Shown: positions 47,218 to 57,840, numbered from the stretch's first letter. The stretch: 64,000 nt of DNA from an uncultured virus (IMG/VR IMGVR_UViG_3300029922_000037) (IMGVR_UViG_3300029922_000037); one strand, 5' to 3'. Translations and numbers: made by a program. The notes: generated by a model from the sequence alone, not told the origin.

Positions 47218-48060
47218 ATGATCACGCAAATACTGCCTTCTGCCGTCGGGAACGCGCTCAAGATTTATCTTGAGCAAGAGCCGACTGCGCTTGCTTGGGT
47301 GATTTTGCGTAATACCACTGGTATTTTCCCATCATACAACGACGTCAATTCCGTCTCGATTTATGAAGGGGACGACGAAACGTATCTGATGGATACCTGC
47401 GGCCTCGTCAACGGGACCCTGTACTATTATTGCGAATTTTACTGGGATGGGACGGCTTGGAATGCCACTGCCATAGTGTCAGGGACGCCGAATTACACCT
47501 ACACCGACCAGTCGGTTGATGTCCTCACAATCGTGCGCGACCGGCTCCAATATGGCCTTGAAAACGAGATCATCATCGGCACGTTGTCGCCGGCCAGCGG
47601 GCAGATACAGGTTCTGAATGCGCCGCCGATATTCGATGAAACGAATTTTCCAGTGGTGACGGTGCATGTCGCTGTCGATGGCAGCGGCGACCGCGCTATC
47701 GGCGAAATGCCGTTCACTGACGAATTCGATGCGGTCAACAACGTCTGGAAAGAGTCGTCTGGATGGATGGCGCATGTGTCGCTGACTATCATCGGCTGGA
47801 GCAAGAACCCGGATGAGCGGATCGCGCTGCGGCGTGCTCTGCGCAAGATAGTCATCGGCAACCTGGAAGTATTCGACAATTACGGGATCATCCTGCCTGA
47901 GTTCAGCCAACAAGATGTCGATGCGCTGCCACCAGAATATCCGGCTGCCGTGTATGAGTCCGTTTGCACATTCACATGCGAAGCCCCATCCGGCGTGGCC
48001 GATACGCAGCCTGTCTATGTTGCGGATCCTATCGTTAACGCAACCCCTGTTTTCCTATAG
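47218..48060 (+). CDS. probable tail terminator/completion protein
   Basis: Upstream of the sheath gene; FPVVTVH, IIGWSKNPDER. Confidence 0.65.
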   Translation: MITQILPSAVGNALKIYLEQEPTALAWVILRNTTGIFPSYNDVNSVSIYEGDDETYLMDTCGLVNGTLYYYCEFYWDGTAWNATAIVSGTPNYTYTDQSVDVLTIVRDRLQYGLENEIIIGTLSPASGQIQVLNAPPIFDETNFPVVTVHVAVDGSGDRAIGEMPFTDEFDAVNNVWKESSGWMAHVSLTIIGWSKNPDERIALRRALRKIVIGNLEVFDNYGIILPEFSQQDVDALPPEYPAAVYESVCTFTCEAPSGVADTQPVYVADPIVNATPVFL

Positions 48061-48070
48061 GAAGAAAAAA

Positions 48071-48373
48071 ATGCCTGAAGATATCCAACAACCGATCAAG
48101 CCTGTGGTTCCTGCTGCAGCCCCTGCGGCTGCAGCCGTGGCCCCTGCGGCTGCAGCGGTGTCGGTGCCTGCTGCCGTGTCGTCGGTTACCGAACCGGCAC
48201 CGGAAAACGAGATCACGCTTGAGCGTTATGCGATTGCGCGGTCGAAGACATGCGGTCGCGCCGTCGAAGCGCTCAATGCCTTCGCAAAGTCTGAAAAGCG
48301 CGCTGGCAACCATAAGGCCACGCGGTCTGCCTACGATGCTCGGTATGAAGCATTCATGAACCAACCGGTATAA
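48071..48373 (+). CDS. small Ala/Pro-rich protein
   Basis: AGGA RBS; MPEDIQQ. Confidence 0.65.
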   Translation: MPEDIQQPIKPVVPAAAPAAAAVAPAAAAVSVPAAVSSVTEPAPENEITLERYAIARSKTCGRAVEALNAFAKSEKRAGNHKATRSAYDARYEAFMNQPV

Positions 48374-48382
48374 AGGACGATC

Positions 48383-50113
48383 ATGCCATATTTCTTCAAC
48401 GGGCATTTGTACATCACGCCAACTACCGTGTCGGCGGTCAATGACGATGCAATGCTCAATCAAAATCTCAGCGTCGGGAATGTTCTCGCTGTCATCGGGC
48501 AAAGTACCGGCGGCACGCCCAACACCCCGCTGGTATTCGGCGACCCCGCGACCGCGCTGGCAACCCTGCGCACTGGCGAACTCGCGCAGGCTGTCACAAA
48601 AGCGTTCAATCCCAGCAATGAAGTTGGCGGCCCGACTACCGTCGTCGCGATTCGCGTCAACCCGGCTGTGCAGGCTGGCTTGACGTTGCTGGATTCTTCG
48701 GCGAATCCTGCCATTACCCTGCTTGCGTCCGATTACGGCCAGTACACGAACCAAATCAATGTCGATGTGGCCGCTGGCTCTACCAATGGCGTATACATCA
48801 CTACCGCTCTCGGTAGTGATGTATACGCGCAGGACAATATCTATGCGGCGCCGATGACCGTCGTCTATACCGGCGCGCAGGCGACTGCTACGGTGACTGT
48901 TACCGATACCACGATGACCCTCTCTGCGCCGGCGGGGACACCGATCGCTGCCATCAGTTTGGCCTCATTTCCTACCGTCCAGCAGTTGGTCGACAACATC
49001 AACACTTTCCCAGGATTCGCGGCGGCTGTGTTGGGCGTTTCCGGGAGTATGCCGTCGCTGAACGGCTTGGATGGCGTCACCGCACAATCCATCAAGACGA
49101 CAGCATTCACCGTCACCGCAGTGCTGCAGGCAGCCATCAATTACCTGAACAGCCCACAATCTGGCGGTCTCGTGGTTGCGGCGCGGCCATCTAACGCGCT
49201 GTTGCCGCCAGCGCCATTGGCAACGACCTACCTCACTGGTGGCACAGATGGCACCGTCACCAATACCCAGTGGAGCAACGCCTTCACGACCTTGCAGACG
49301 CAGGATGTGAACTGGATTGCGCCGTTGTCGGCGACCGGGTCCATCATCGCGATGGCCGACGCGCATGTGCAGTACATGTCGACTGTCGGGCGGAAAGAAC
49401 GGCGTGCGATCTGCGGAATGGCGCTTGGCACGACCGATGCCCAAGCGCTCACCGAAGCGCTTAGCCTGAACAGCAACCGAACATCGATTGTACACATCGG
49501 GTACTACGATTACGACTGGACGAACCAAGTAACGGGTCTGCAACTGTATTCCCCGTACATGGCTGCCGCCGTGGCCGCTGCGGCCTTCTCCGGCGTCTCG
49601 CCAGGAACGCCATTGACCAATAAGGCGCTGACGTTTAGCGGCGTCGAGCGACGGTTGACCAACCCAACCGAGACCGACCCCCTTATCCAAGGCGGCGTCT
49701 TCTGCATCGAGTCGACGTCAAAAGGATACTATGTCGTGCAGTCGATCTCGACGTGGTTGGTCGATTCGAAATACGATAAGGTCGAACAGTCCGTCGGCTG
49801 GGCGCTGGATTTCGTATGTCAGAACGTCCGCAACGCATTGGACCCACTGCGCGGTCAGAAAATGACGCCGCAGTTGTTGCGTCGTGCAGTCGATATCACG
49901 GAATCACAATTGCGGGCCCTTGCCGTTCAAGAGCCACAGGGACCAGGAGTTATCACTGGCGATGCGGCTAGCCCTGCCTATACCGGGATTACGGCATCGG
50001 CCGCTGGCGATGTCCTATCCGTTCAATTCCAATGCAGCCCGGTATTGCCGGCAAACTATGTCGCTGTGACGGTCTACGCGGTGCCGTATAGCGGTACCGC
50101 GACGGCATCTTAA
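48383..50113 (+). CDS. tail sheath protein
   Basis: AVIGQSTGGTP, VVAIRVNPA, YLTGGTDG, PLTNK, LIQGGV. Confidence 0.9.
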   Translation: MPYFFNGHLYITPTTVSAVNDDAMLNQNLSVGNVLAVIGQSTGGTPNTPLVFGDPATALATLRTGELAQAVTKAFNPSNEVGGPTTVVAIRVNPAVQAGLTLLDSSANPAITLLASDYGQYTNQINVDVAAGSTNGVYITTALGSDVYAQDNIYAAPMTVVYTGAQATATVTVTDTTMTLSAPAGTPIAAISLASFPTVQQLVDNINTFPGFAAAVLGVSGSMPSLNGLDGVTAQSIKTTAFTVTAVLQAAINYLNSPQSGGLVVAARPSNALLPPAPLATTYLTGGTDGTVTNTQWSNAFTTLQTQDVNWIAPLSATGSIIAMADAHVQYMSTVGRKERRAICGMALGTTDAQALTEALSLNSNRTSIVHIGYYDYDWTNQVTGLQLYSPYMAAAVAAAAFSGVSPGTPLTNKALTFSGVERRLTNPTETDPLIQGGVFCIESTSKGYYVVQSISTWLVDSKYDKVEQSVGWALDFVCQNVRNALDPLRGQKMTPQLLRRAVDITESQLRALAVQEPQGPGVITGDAASPAYTGITASAAGDVLSVQFQCSPVLPANYVAVTVYAVPYSGTATAS

Positions 50114-50129
50114 CCCCAGGGAGTGAAAC

Positions 50130-50561
50130 GTGGCAATCCAACAACAAGTAAATCTCAAGACGCGCACTGGCAATAAATGCGCGGTCATGTTCGGTGGCAT
50201 TCAGATCGGGCTCTTGCAGTCGGTGCGCATGAACGACGACTATTCACCGGAACCGGCATCAGGTATCGGCGACATCCACGTCCAAGAGTGGGTTCCAACG
50301 ATGGCGCGGCACAATATCAGCATCCAGGCGATGGTGCTCAACGTCGGTGAAATGATCTCGGCCGGCGTGGCGGCAGAAAATGGCGACGCCATGCTGCTTG
50401 GGCTCGTATTCGACATCGTTGTTTCCGACAATACTGGGGCATTGCTGCGCAAGTACGTCGGGTGTTCGTACGCTTCCGGCGATATCGAAGTCAGCAAGCA
50501 CGCAATCGTCATGCAGGCCGGCCAGTTCAACGCGCTCGATACGCAGGGAACCGGCTGTTGA
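50130..50561 (+). CDS. tail tube protein
   Basis: 143 aa after the sheath gene; IGLLQSV..NDDY.PEP.SGIGD. Confidence 0.85.
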   Translation: MAIQQQVNLKTRTGNKCAVMFGGIQIGLLQSVRMNDDYSPEPASGIGDIHVQEWVPTMARHNISIQAMVLNVGEMISAGVAAENGDAMLLGLVFDIVVSDNTGALLRKYVGCSYASGDIEVSKHAIVMQAGQFNALDTQGTGC

Positions 50562-50584
50562 GAATACTTCTTGGCCGTGGCATG

Positions 50585-50615
50585 AAGGGGCGGCATCGTC
50601 TGGTGCCGCCCCTTT
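50585..50615 (+). terminator. probable terminator
   Basis: AAGGGGCGGCA...TGCCGCCCCTTT. Confidence 0.7.
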
Positions 50616-50618
50616 CGT

Positions 50619-50632
50619 CGTGATAGGAGAAT
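50619..50632 (+). promoter_or_regulatory. CGTGAY-N3-A-N3-T promoter motif
   Basis: tcgtCGTGATaggAgaaT right after the terminator. Confidence 0.55.
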
Positions 50633-50664
50633 GAAAACTCCCACCCACAATCACATACACCATC

Positions 50665-51075
50665 ATGCCACGTCAAGCACATGCAACAGATTTTTTCGTT
50701 GAAGTAGATCGGCTCGGTCGCTTCAATTTCGCCAGGCGCACCATCGAAGACACGTTCAAGATCCGTGGACAATACCACCAAATCACCAGCGGCTACTATG
50801 ATGACGACGGCAACATGTGCGACCTCGGCGCGCTATCCTATGTGACGGTCAGAGCGCTACTAGTTTCCGGCCCTGAGAATTTCGACATCGATCAACTTGA
50901 TCCACTTGTGGATGATGAAGTCGATTCCAAGTTGGTCGCAATATGGAGGGCACTCCGAGAAAAGGAGCTCTCTTTTCGACCAAAAGCGCGGGTCATCGGC
51001 GCGGGTGGAGGGGCGGAAGCTGGCGCAAACTTACCGGCTCTGGTTTCGGAAGCAGTACAATCTCGCGCCGACTGA
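50665..51075 (+). CDS. tail assembly chaperone (G-like)
   Basis: Between tube and tape measure genes. Confidence 0.75.
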   Translation: MPRQAHATDFFVEVDRLGRFNFARRTIEDTFKIRGQYHQITSGYYDDDGNMCDLGALSYVTVRALLVSGPENFDIDQLDPLVDDEVDSKLVAIWRALREKELSFRPKARVIGAGGGAEAGANLPALVSEAVQSRAD

Positions 51076-51271
51076 CCCCCGGTATCTTGCCGCCACGGAC
51101 GAACAGATCGAGACCGAGTGGTGGGCATACCAGTATCAGGCTGGCAAGGTCCAAGAAGAATTCCTTGACGAGCAGTTCAGTGTCGAGGATGAGCTGGCAA
51201 GGATAGAGCAGGAAGCGGCTGAGCGCGATCGCGCGGCGCCGCCTGACGATTGGGAAGATATCGATGGCTGA
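50975..51271 (+). CDS. tail assembly chaperone extension (T-like), probably reached by frameshift
   Basis: +1 frame; WFRKQYNLAPTDPRYL; TCT TTT CGA at 50971-50979. Confidence 0.65.
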   Translation, partial: FDQKRGSSARVEGRKLAQTYRLWFRKQYNLAPTDPRYLAATDEQIETEWWAYQYQAGKVQEEFLDEQFSVEDELARIEQEAAERDRAAPPDDWEDIDG

Positions 51272-54035
51272 CGTAAAAATTGGCGTAAACGCCGACGGCA
51301 AGAATGTCGCCAAGGCGATCGAGGAAATTACTGCGTCGGTCAATGATTTGGCCAAGGCGGTTGCATCTTCCGGCAAGGTCAAATTCAAGCCGGCTGATGT
51401 CGGTACCGCTGCGCGCGATATCGCACTGCTGAACAAGCAATTCGAGATCGCCGTTGCGCGGTCGAAGGCGCTGCGCGACGCCCTCAAGGCTACCGGCCAA
51501 GCCGGCAAGTCCATCAATGAGGTCGACTTTCAAAAGCTTGGCGTCAATCCGGCTGCTGCGCAGCGCATGCGCGACAGCGCTTTCTCGTATGCCGCGCGCG
51601 GGACGGCTTGGGATATGGGGCCTCCTGCTCCTAGCCAGCCGGCCCCGCCATCACCACGACCTGGGCGCGGTGGCGGCAGGGGCGGCGGCGGCACCAATTT
51701 CGCGGCAACGGCTGCAAACTCTTTCGGCGGCGGCGTAGGCGGTGGATTCGGCCAAGTAATTCAGGGCGCAACGCGCGGAGCCGCTGCCGGTTCCGCAGAG
51801 GGCGGCGGCATGATGGGCGGCCTCGGTGGGCTTCTAAAGGGAGGTGGAATTGCTGCAGCCGCATTCGGACTATTCAAAGCCGGTCAAGCCGTTTCTGAAG
51901 GCTACGACATGGCAAAGGAGCGCGGCACCAATCTCGACACGCTCAAGCGCCAGATGGGCGACCTCGGCGTCAGCTTCGCCGGTCTCAAGACCATGACCGA
52001 CATCGCCAGCGCTGGTCTTGGCGTCAACTCGAAAGAATTCGCGGCACTCGCTGAACAATACAATCAGGCAAGCCACAACGCTGAAAAGACGCCTGAAGGT
52101 CTCGGCGGTGCCGTGCGCGATGCCACGCAGTTTGGGCGCGCCTACGGCATTGACCCTGGCGCGTCGGCGGGGTTCTTCGGCGGCATGCAGAACATGAATC
52201 CGAAGCAAAACAATCGCGAGTTGGCGCTCCAGATCGCGGAAGCAGTTGAAAAGGGTGGTGGCCGCGCGATGGCGCCGGACGTGATGCAGTTCCTGCAGAC
52301 GATGGCGTCGTCGGTGTCGCGCAATAGCCTTGGCATCGCCAATACCGACGCCTACAGCGCAGCGTTCGGGAATATGCTTGGTAGCGGGCGCACCGGCATG
52401 ACTACTGATAACGTATCGTCGATGCTCGGACAGGCAAATAATGCTATTTCGCATATGGGTGCTGCCGGCGAAGCTGGTCGAAATTTCCAGATCGGGTCGT
52501 ACAATAAAACATACGGTCAAATGAATCCAATGGCCGCCGAAGCGCTTGCCGCTGGCGGCATGTTCGCGACACCGAATAGCGTGTTCGGGGATAAAAATTC
52601 TGACCTCTCTGAATATTTCCGTCGCCATGGCGGCGATGTCTCGCGGCAATGGGGCGGGAAGAACGGCAACGTGACTTCGTGGGGGTCGATGAAGGCAGGG
52701 TACGAGTCGGCATTCGATAAGGGCGATACCGGGAATTGGCTGCGCCTGAATGCCGTGCAGCGCGATCTCGGGTTGAATTCTCCGCAGCAAGCTGCTGCCA
52801 TGATGAATCTTGATGAGAAACAGGCTGGCGGTCTTCAAAATTCATTGAAGCGGGCCGGTGTCTCGCTGAAGGATTTGAACGAAGGTGGGATCAAGACCAT
52901 GGCTGCCATCGGCGGCGCCGACAGTCATGCTGATCTGGACAAGATTTACAGCCAGATCGGTGGCCGCACCGGCAAGGATGCGCTATCAGAAAATGAAAAA
53001 ACGCACCTTGATGCCGCACAGAAAGGAAATACCGAGGATTTCCGCGATGCATTGTTGAAGGTTATGGCTGGCAAAGACCAGGAAATGACTGAGGCGAAAG
53101 ATATGCTTGCTGGCATCAAGGCGATTGAAACTGCCGAGACTGCGCTTGGCGACAAGTTGATCGGTCCGATTAATTCCATTCGCGACGCCACTCTCCGCAT
53201 TGCCAGCGTCATCGCAGGGCCAGAGAAAAAATCTGAGATGGAACTTGGTGCCGAACGTGGCATGGAGGCTGCCAAGGACCGATTGCCTAATGTTGATATT
53301 AAGGACCGGGTTAAATCGCACATCCAACTTGCAAAAATTGATATAAAGCCAAATCTACATACTGACAAGGCAGAACTTCGCGCAGAAGCGGATCGCCAGT
53401 GGAAGGAGGCTGGTTTGCCTATAAAAGGACAATCTGGCGATATCGACCAGCAAAGTTCCGATATCGCCAACACGTATGCGCAGACTGGCGGCACAAAGGC
53501 GCAATCTGACATCGACAAGTTGATGGCGATGGGATGGTCTGCTGAACAGGCCGCCGCGATCGCCGCCAATCTTCAAGTTGAAAGCGGCAGCAATGAAAAG
53601 GCTGTCGGAGATAATGGACTCGCGCGCGGAATCGCCCAATGGCATCCAGACCGGCAAGCAGATTTTGCCAAATTTTCTGGGCATGACATGAAATCGTCCA
53701 CTCACGATGAGCAACTTGCTTTCGTGAATGATGAATTGCGAAATGGGAAATACAAAAAAGTAGGTGATAAATTGTCGCATCTTTCAGATGCCAACGATGC
53801 CGGATCGCTGATTTCACGAGAATATGAGCGTCCAGCAGATGCCGCCGGCGAAGCATCAAAGCGTGGACGTCTAGCATCTTCTCTGGCATCCGCGCACGAT
53901 AGCCTTACTATCCATCTAAAGGTCGACACCACTGGGCGCAATGCGCAGGGCGGAACATCTCAGCACACTATCGAGACATCGGTGCCAATCGCCCGAGGTA
54001 GCGGCAATCAAACAATCGCATTGGCATCGCAATGA
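51264..54035 (+). CDS. tape measure protein with a C-terminal phage-tail-lysozyme domain
   Basis: Ala/Gly-rich; AAAIAANLQVESG...GIAQW...QLAFV..EL...EYERPA. Confidence 0.88.
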   Translation: MADVKIGVNADGKNVAKAIEEITASVNDLAKAVASSGKVKFKPADVGTAARDIALLNKQFEIAVARSKALRDALKATGQAGKSINEVDFQKLGVNPAAAQRMRDSAFSYAARGTAWDMGPPAPSQPAPPSPRPGRGGGRGGGGTNFAATAANSFGGGVGGGFGQVIQGATRGAAAGSAEGGGMMGGLGGLLKGGGIAAAAFGLFKAGQAVSEGYDMAKERGTNLDTLKRQMGDLGVSFAGLKTMTDIASAGLGVNSKEFAALAEQYNQASHNAEKTPEGLGGAVRDATQFGRAYGIDPGASAGFFGGMQNMNPKQNNRELALQIAEAVEKGGGRAMAPDVMQFLQTMASSVSRNSLGIANTDAYSAAFGNMLGSGRTGMTTDNVSSMLGQANNAISHMGAAGEAGRNFQIGSYNKTYGQMNPMAAEALAAGGMFATPNSVFGDKNSDLSEYFRRHGGDVSRQWGGKNGNVTSWGSMKAGYESAFDKGDTGNWLRLNAVQRDLGLNSPQQAAAMMNLDEKQAGGLQNSLKRAGVSLKDLNEGGIKTMAAIGGADSHADLDKIYSQIGGRTGKDALSENEKTHLDAAQKGNTEDFRDALLKVMAGKDQEMTEAKDMLAGIKAIETAETALGDKLIGPINSIRDATLRIASVIAGPEKKSEMELGAERGMEAAKDRLPNVDIKDRVKSHIQLAKIDIKPNLHTDKAELRAEADRQWKEAGLPIKGQSGDIDQQSSDIANTYAQTGGTKAQSDIDKLMAMGWSAEQAAAIAANLQVESGSNEKAVGDNGLARGIAQWHPDRQADFAKFSGHDMKSSTHDEQLAFVNDELRNGKYKKVGDKLSHLSDANDAGSLISREYERPADAAGEASKRGRLASSLASAHDSLTIHLKVDTTGRNAQGGTSQHTIETSVPIARGSGNQTIALASQ

Positions 54036-55561
54036 AATTCGAATCCCGCATACCAGGGATAGATGTGATCCTGGTAAAAAACATCGTCCGCACGACCTTG
54101 AACGGGTCGATACCGACATCGCAGCGCGACGCCCAGACGCGACAGATCAACCTCACCAAATACATTGGCGACGGGAACAGCGTGCGCGTGAACAAGTCCG
54201 TGCGCGAACCCGCTGGCGCGTTCTCGATCACACTCACCGAGCAATTGTTTTACGATGGCACGACAAACACTGGCGACTCGCTGTATTCCGTTATAGAACC
54301 GATGGACTACATCGAAATCCGCATGACCGGCAATGCCTACAAGCAGTCGGAAAATGGCGCGTGCTCGCGCATTCCCATGATCATGCGCGGCTTCATATCG
54401 CGGATCGCGTATTCCGAGACAATGGGCGCCGACGGCCACCCGCATCGCAATATCGTCGTATCCGGCCAGGACTACGGGAAAATCCTGCAGATGATCCAGC
54501 TTTTCTACATGCCTGGCACGCCGGAGAGCAACAACTACATGACGGAATTCCCATTTTTTGCGCAGTATGGGATTGGCGCTACCGTGCAAAATGCGGTGAA
54601 ATTCATGCAGGACGTATTCAATAACGTGGTGAACCCGTATGTGGCGGCTCTGCGAGAATATTCGAGTGGGGTGGGATCGCCTGGACCATTAATCCCAATC
54701 AGCCTCGATTTTAGCTCTGCCATCGCCGGCACCGTGTCTCCGTTCGGCGCCGGCGGCTTCGGCCAGGGAACGATATGGGAATTGATCAAGTCGTTTGGTG
54801 ACATCGGGACATGGAACGAGTTTTTTATCGAGGACCGCGAGGACGCACCGTATGCGGTGTACCGGCCAAATCCATTTATGGACGCCGCCGGACTGCCGAT
54901 ATTCACATTCCCCGCAGGGAAATTCCCGGGATTAGCCGCGAACCAGGTCCAGATCACGCGCGCCGATGTCGTCAGTATCTCAGCGGAACGATCTGATTCT
55001 GATGTCGCGAATTATTTCTGGGTCGACTCGCCACGGTTCAACCTCTGCTATGAGCCGACCATGAGATCAATGGCGGTTCTTGACCAAACAAATGACCCGG
55101 CCATGGGTCCATACGTGACCGCCTATCAGAACGTCGACCCGCAGCTATACGGCACTAAAAAGATGTGGGAGCAGACCCAGCAGGGCGGCCAGGACGAGAC
55201 CATCAACGGGAACGGTGTCGCCGCCGGCGCGGTGCGCGATACCAATCAGACCAGCTTTACGGGCTGGATGAAGGCGCGCCGCACCGACATGGTTCGTCAA
55301 AACCGCGACAACGTGATTTTTGAGCGGGGGTCGATGCGGCTAAAGGGGAATGAGTCCATCCGCGCCGGAACGTACCTGTCCTACGAGCATGGCGACTACA
55401 CGTCGCTCTATTACGTGGTTTCTGTCGAGCACGACTACGCGCCGTTCGGGAACTTCTTCACGTCGGTTCAGTTCGAGCGCGGAACCAACTTCATGGATCG
55501 CGTGCGCACGAAAGCGGATACTGATTCGCCGTATCTCTCTGAAATGGTCGATTTATCATGA
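54032..55561 (+). CDS. baseplate hub protein
   Basis: Synteny; VNKSVREPAGAFSI, SGQDYGK, YYVVSVEH. Confidence 0.7.
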   Translation: MKFESRIPGIDVILVKNIVRTTLNGSIPTSQRDAQTRQINLTKYIGDGNSVRVNKSVREPAGAFSITLTEQLFYDGTTNTGDSLYSVIEPMDYIEIRMTGNAYKQSENGACSRIPMIMRGFISRIAYSETMGADGHPHRNIVVSGQDYGKILQMIQLFYMPGTPESNNYMTEFPFFAQYGIGATVQNAVKFMQDVFNNVVNPYVAALREYSSGVGSPGPLIPISLDFSSAIAGTVSPFGAGGFGQGTIWELIKSFGDIGTWNEFFIEDREDAPYAVYRPNPFMDAAGLPIFTFPAGKFPGLAANQVQITRADVVSISAERSDSDVANYFWVDSPRFNLCYEPTMRSMAVLDQTNDPAMGPYVTAYQNVDPQLYGTKKMWEQTQQGGQDETINGNGVAAGAVRDTNQTSFTGWMKARRTDMVRQNRDNVIFERGSMRLKGNESIRAGTYLSYEHGDYTSLYYVVSVEHDYAPFGNFFTSVQFERGTNFMDRVRTKADTDSPYLSEMVDLS

Positions 55562-56313
55562 GCAAGGGATTCGGCATCGTCGTCGCTACCTACCCAAGCG
55601 GCAACTCCATCGACGTGCTAATGAACAGCAACGGCGCCAGGCTATCCAATGTCCAGGTGATGTCTCCGACTGGTTCTGACAGCACTGGACACGTCGACCT
55701 CCCTGATATCGGCTATGTTCTCGGTGACCCTGCGCGCTGGAACCCGATCGGCCCCGCGACACGATACATGCAGGCTGTCATCGAATGGATAGAGGGGGTG
55801 CCTGTCTGCATGGGGTTCTTGCCGCCGCAAATCAACCAGACCAGTTTCGACCGCAAAAATTTCCATGTCTTCCGCCATGCCAGCGATGTCTACAAAACCA
55901 TCAACGCCGCCGGCGATATCGAGGAATATCACCCGAGTGGCTCGTTTGTGCGCCTCGCGGCGTCGCCAGTTCACGAGGATCTCACCGGCCAGGATTTTGA
56001 TTTGACGTGGGCGATCAAGCAAAATACTGGAGGGGCCGTGCATTGGCATGTGACGGTGGCCAATGCCGGGACCGTGGTGGCAACGCTAGATATCGACCCC
56101 AGCGGGAACGCTGCGCTGGTGAATAGTGGCAATACGACGGTAACCACGACCGGCAACCTCTCCGCGACCGTAGGCGGCACGGCATCGATTACCTCGACCG
56201 GCAACATGGAATTCACGGCACCACAGATTACGATGAACACGCCGACACTAATCGCTACCGGCAATCAAAACACGTCCGGCACGACCACTACCGCCGATCT
56301 GGTGGTCCCTTGA
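55558..56313 (+). CDS. baseplate spike (gpV-like)
   Basis: OB-fold-like N-terminus, YHPSG, Thr/Gly beta-helix-like C-terminus. Confidence 0.75.
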   Translation: MSKGFGIVVATYPSGNSIDVLMNSNGARLSNVQVMSPTGSDSTGHVDLPDIGYVLGDPARWNPIGPATRYMQAVIEWIEGVPVCMGFLPPQINQTSFDRKNFHVFRHASDVYKTINAAGDIEEYHPSGSFVRLAASPVHEDLTGQDFDLTWAIKQNTGGAVHWHVTVANAGTVVATLDIDPSGNAALVNSGNTTVTTTGNLSATVGGTASITSTGNMEFTAPQITMNTPTLIATGNQNTSGTTTTADLVVP

Positions 56314-56585
56314 CGCCAAATATTGCTGTCATCGGTACGACGTCAAGTCATGGCGGATCAATGACTACGGCTACAGGGTCAAAATTCTCGACGCCTGCCG
56401 GCGCGGTCTGTCGGGTCGGTGACCTGCATGTATGCCCAATACCAGGGCATGGCACGACGGTGATCGTATCTGGCGGCGCCACGAAAGCGACTGTCGGCGG
56501 CTTGGCCCTAGCCATCAACGGATCAGTCGCTGGCTGCGGCGCGGTTCTAAATAGTGGTTTCGCTCCGAATTGCTCCACGGTGTGA
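56310..56585 (+). CDS. PAAR-like spike tip protein
   Basis: SSHGG, RVGDLHVCPIPGHG, CGA. Confidence 0.85.
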   Translation: MTPNIAVIGTTSSHGGSMTTATGSKFSTPAGAVCRVGDLHVCPIPGHGTTVIVSGGATKATVGGLALAINGSVAGCGAVLNSGFAPNCSTV

Positions 56586-56590
56586 GCGTT

Positions 56591-56604
56591 CGTGACCACA
56601 TAAT
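56591..56604 (+). promoter_or_regulatory. CGTGAY-N3-A-N3-T promoter motif
   Basis: tCGTGACcacAtaaT, 6 nt before ATG 56611. Confidence 0.7.
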
Positions 56605-56610
56605 CAAGCC

Positions 56611-57840
56611 ATGTCCATATCGTCCATCACGTCGGCTATCAATGGTGCTGCGAGTTCGCTTAACTCGTTAGTAGGCGCGCCATCGCCGCCATCGAGTCAA
56701 AAGGCGTTGGCGGTAACATTCGTTCTACTCGACAAAGCAAATGGCGGCAGCAAATCTCTTGATCTGATTATCCGTCCCGAGGACTTGACCCGCACTGATG
56801 TGTCGCGCATAACCGTGCAGCAGACGCTTGGCGGTGCCTGGGGCGATGATTTTGGTGTCGGCCTCTCGACAATCAATATCAGCGGTACCACTGGCTGGCG
56901 TGGTAATAAGTCTGGCGATGGCAGGGTCCAGTTTTCAAATTTAAAAAATCAGGTATTCACGGACTGGCATGCGCGGCGCAACAAGGCGCTAAAGGCAGGG
57001 AAAGACCCCGCCGGCGTCATGTTGGTTTTTGTCGATACGCTCAACCAGAACCTCGACTCCGTGATCCCGATGACTTTCACACTTCGCCGCTCAAAGTCGC
57101 GGCCTCTGCTGATGCAGTACAACATTTCGATGATTTCCATAGCCTGGAAGGTTGTGCCGCCACCGGCACCGTCCTCTGCTGGCGGTCTCGCGGGCTTGCT
57201 GGCGTCAATCAAAAACCTCATTGCGGCAGCCAATAATGTTGTTAATTTCGTCAAGAGTGCAATAGGGCAGGTAACTGCTTACATCAATACGGCAACGACC
57301 ATTTTTCAGAGCGTTACCAATTTGATACAAAATGCGCAGTCGATACCGCAGAGCCTACTCGGGCCAGCGATAGCGTGCGCGCAGGCCGGCGCGACCATGT
57401 TTTCAACGATTGCCAGCATGTCGGGGTCGACATCACAGTCTGCTGCGGCCATGGCGACTGCTTCCGATTTTTCAAATATCTTGTGCTTGCTCAATAACGC
57501 CGTCAACACGGTGCAGACGTATCCAGACTACACGCCTTTGTACGGCGCATCAAATTGCAGTAGTACCAGTGGAGGCTCTCCACCAAGTCCATACGCTGAC
57601 ACGAACCCATTTTATGCGGTAGTTGGGGCCCCGCAAAATGCGCCGGCACCGGCATCGACCACTGCGGCGGCACCGGTCATCGTGGTGCCGACTGTCTTGC
57701 CGCCGACTGTGACGATTACGCCGGCCGCGCAGCAATCGCTTGCGCTCATCAATAATTCAGATCCGGTATTGGCGCCAATGTCCATGTCGGCGCTTGGTAC
57801 TGCAGCAGGCGCCATCGCATCCGGGATAACACTCAAATGA
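56611..57840 (+). CDS. baseplate/tube-initiator protein
   Basis: IRPEDL...QQTLGGAW.DDFG....INISGTTG...RSKSRPLLMQYNI. Confidence 0.7.
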   Translation: MSISSITSAINGAASSLNSLVGAPSPPSSQKALAVTFVLLDKANGGSKSLDLIIRPEDLTRTDVSRITVQQTLGGAWGDDFGVGLSTINISGTTGWRGNKSGDGRVQFSNLKNQVFTDWHARRNKALKAGKDPAGVMLVFVDTLNQNLDSVIPMTFTLRRSKSRPLLMQYNISMISIAWKVVPPPAPSSAGGLAGLLASIKNLIAAANNVVNFVKSAIGQVTAYINTATTIFQSVTNLIQNAQSIPQSLLGPAIACAQAGATMFSTIASMSGSTSQSAAAMATASDFSNILCLLNNAVNTVQTYPDYTPLYGASNCSSTSGGSPPSPYADTNPFYAVVGAPQNAPAPASTTAAAPVIVVPTVLPPTVTITPAAQQSLALINNSDPVLAPMSMSALGTAAGAIASGITLK

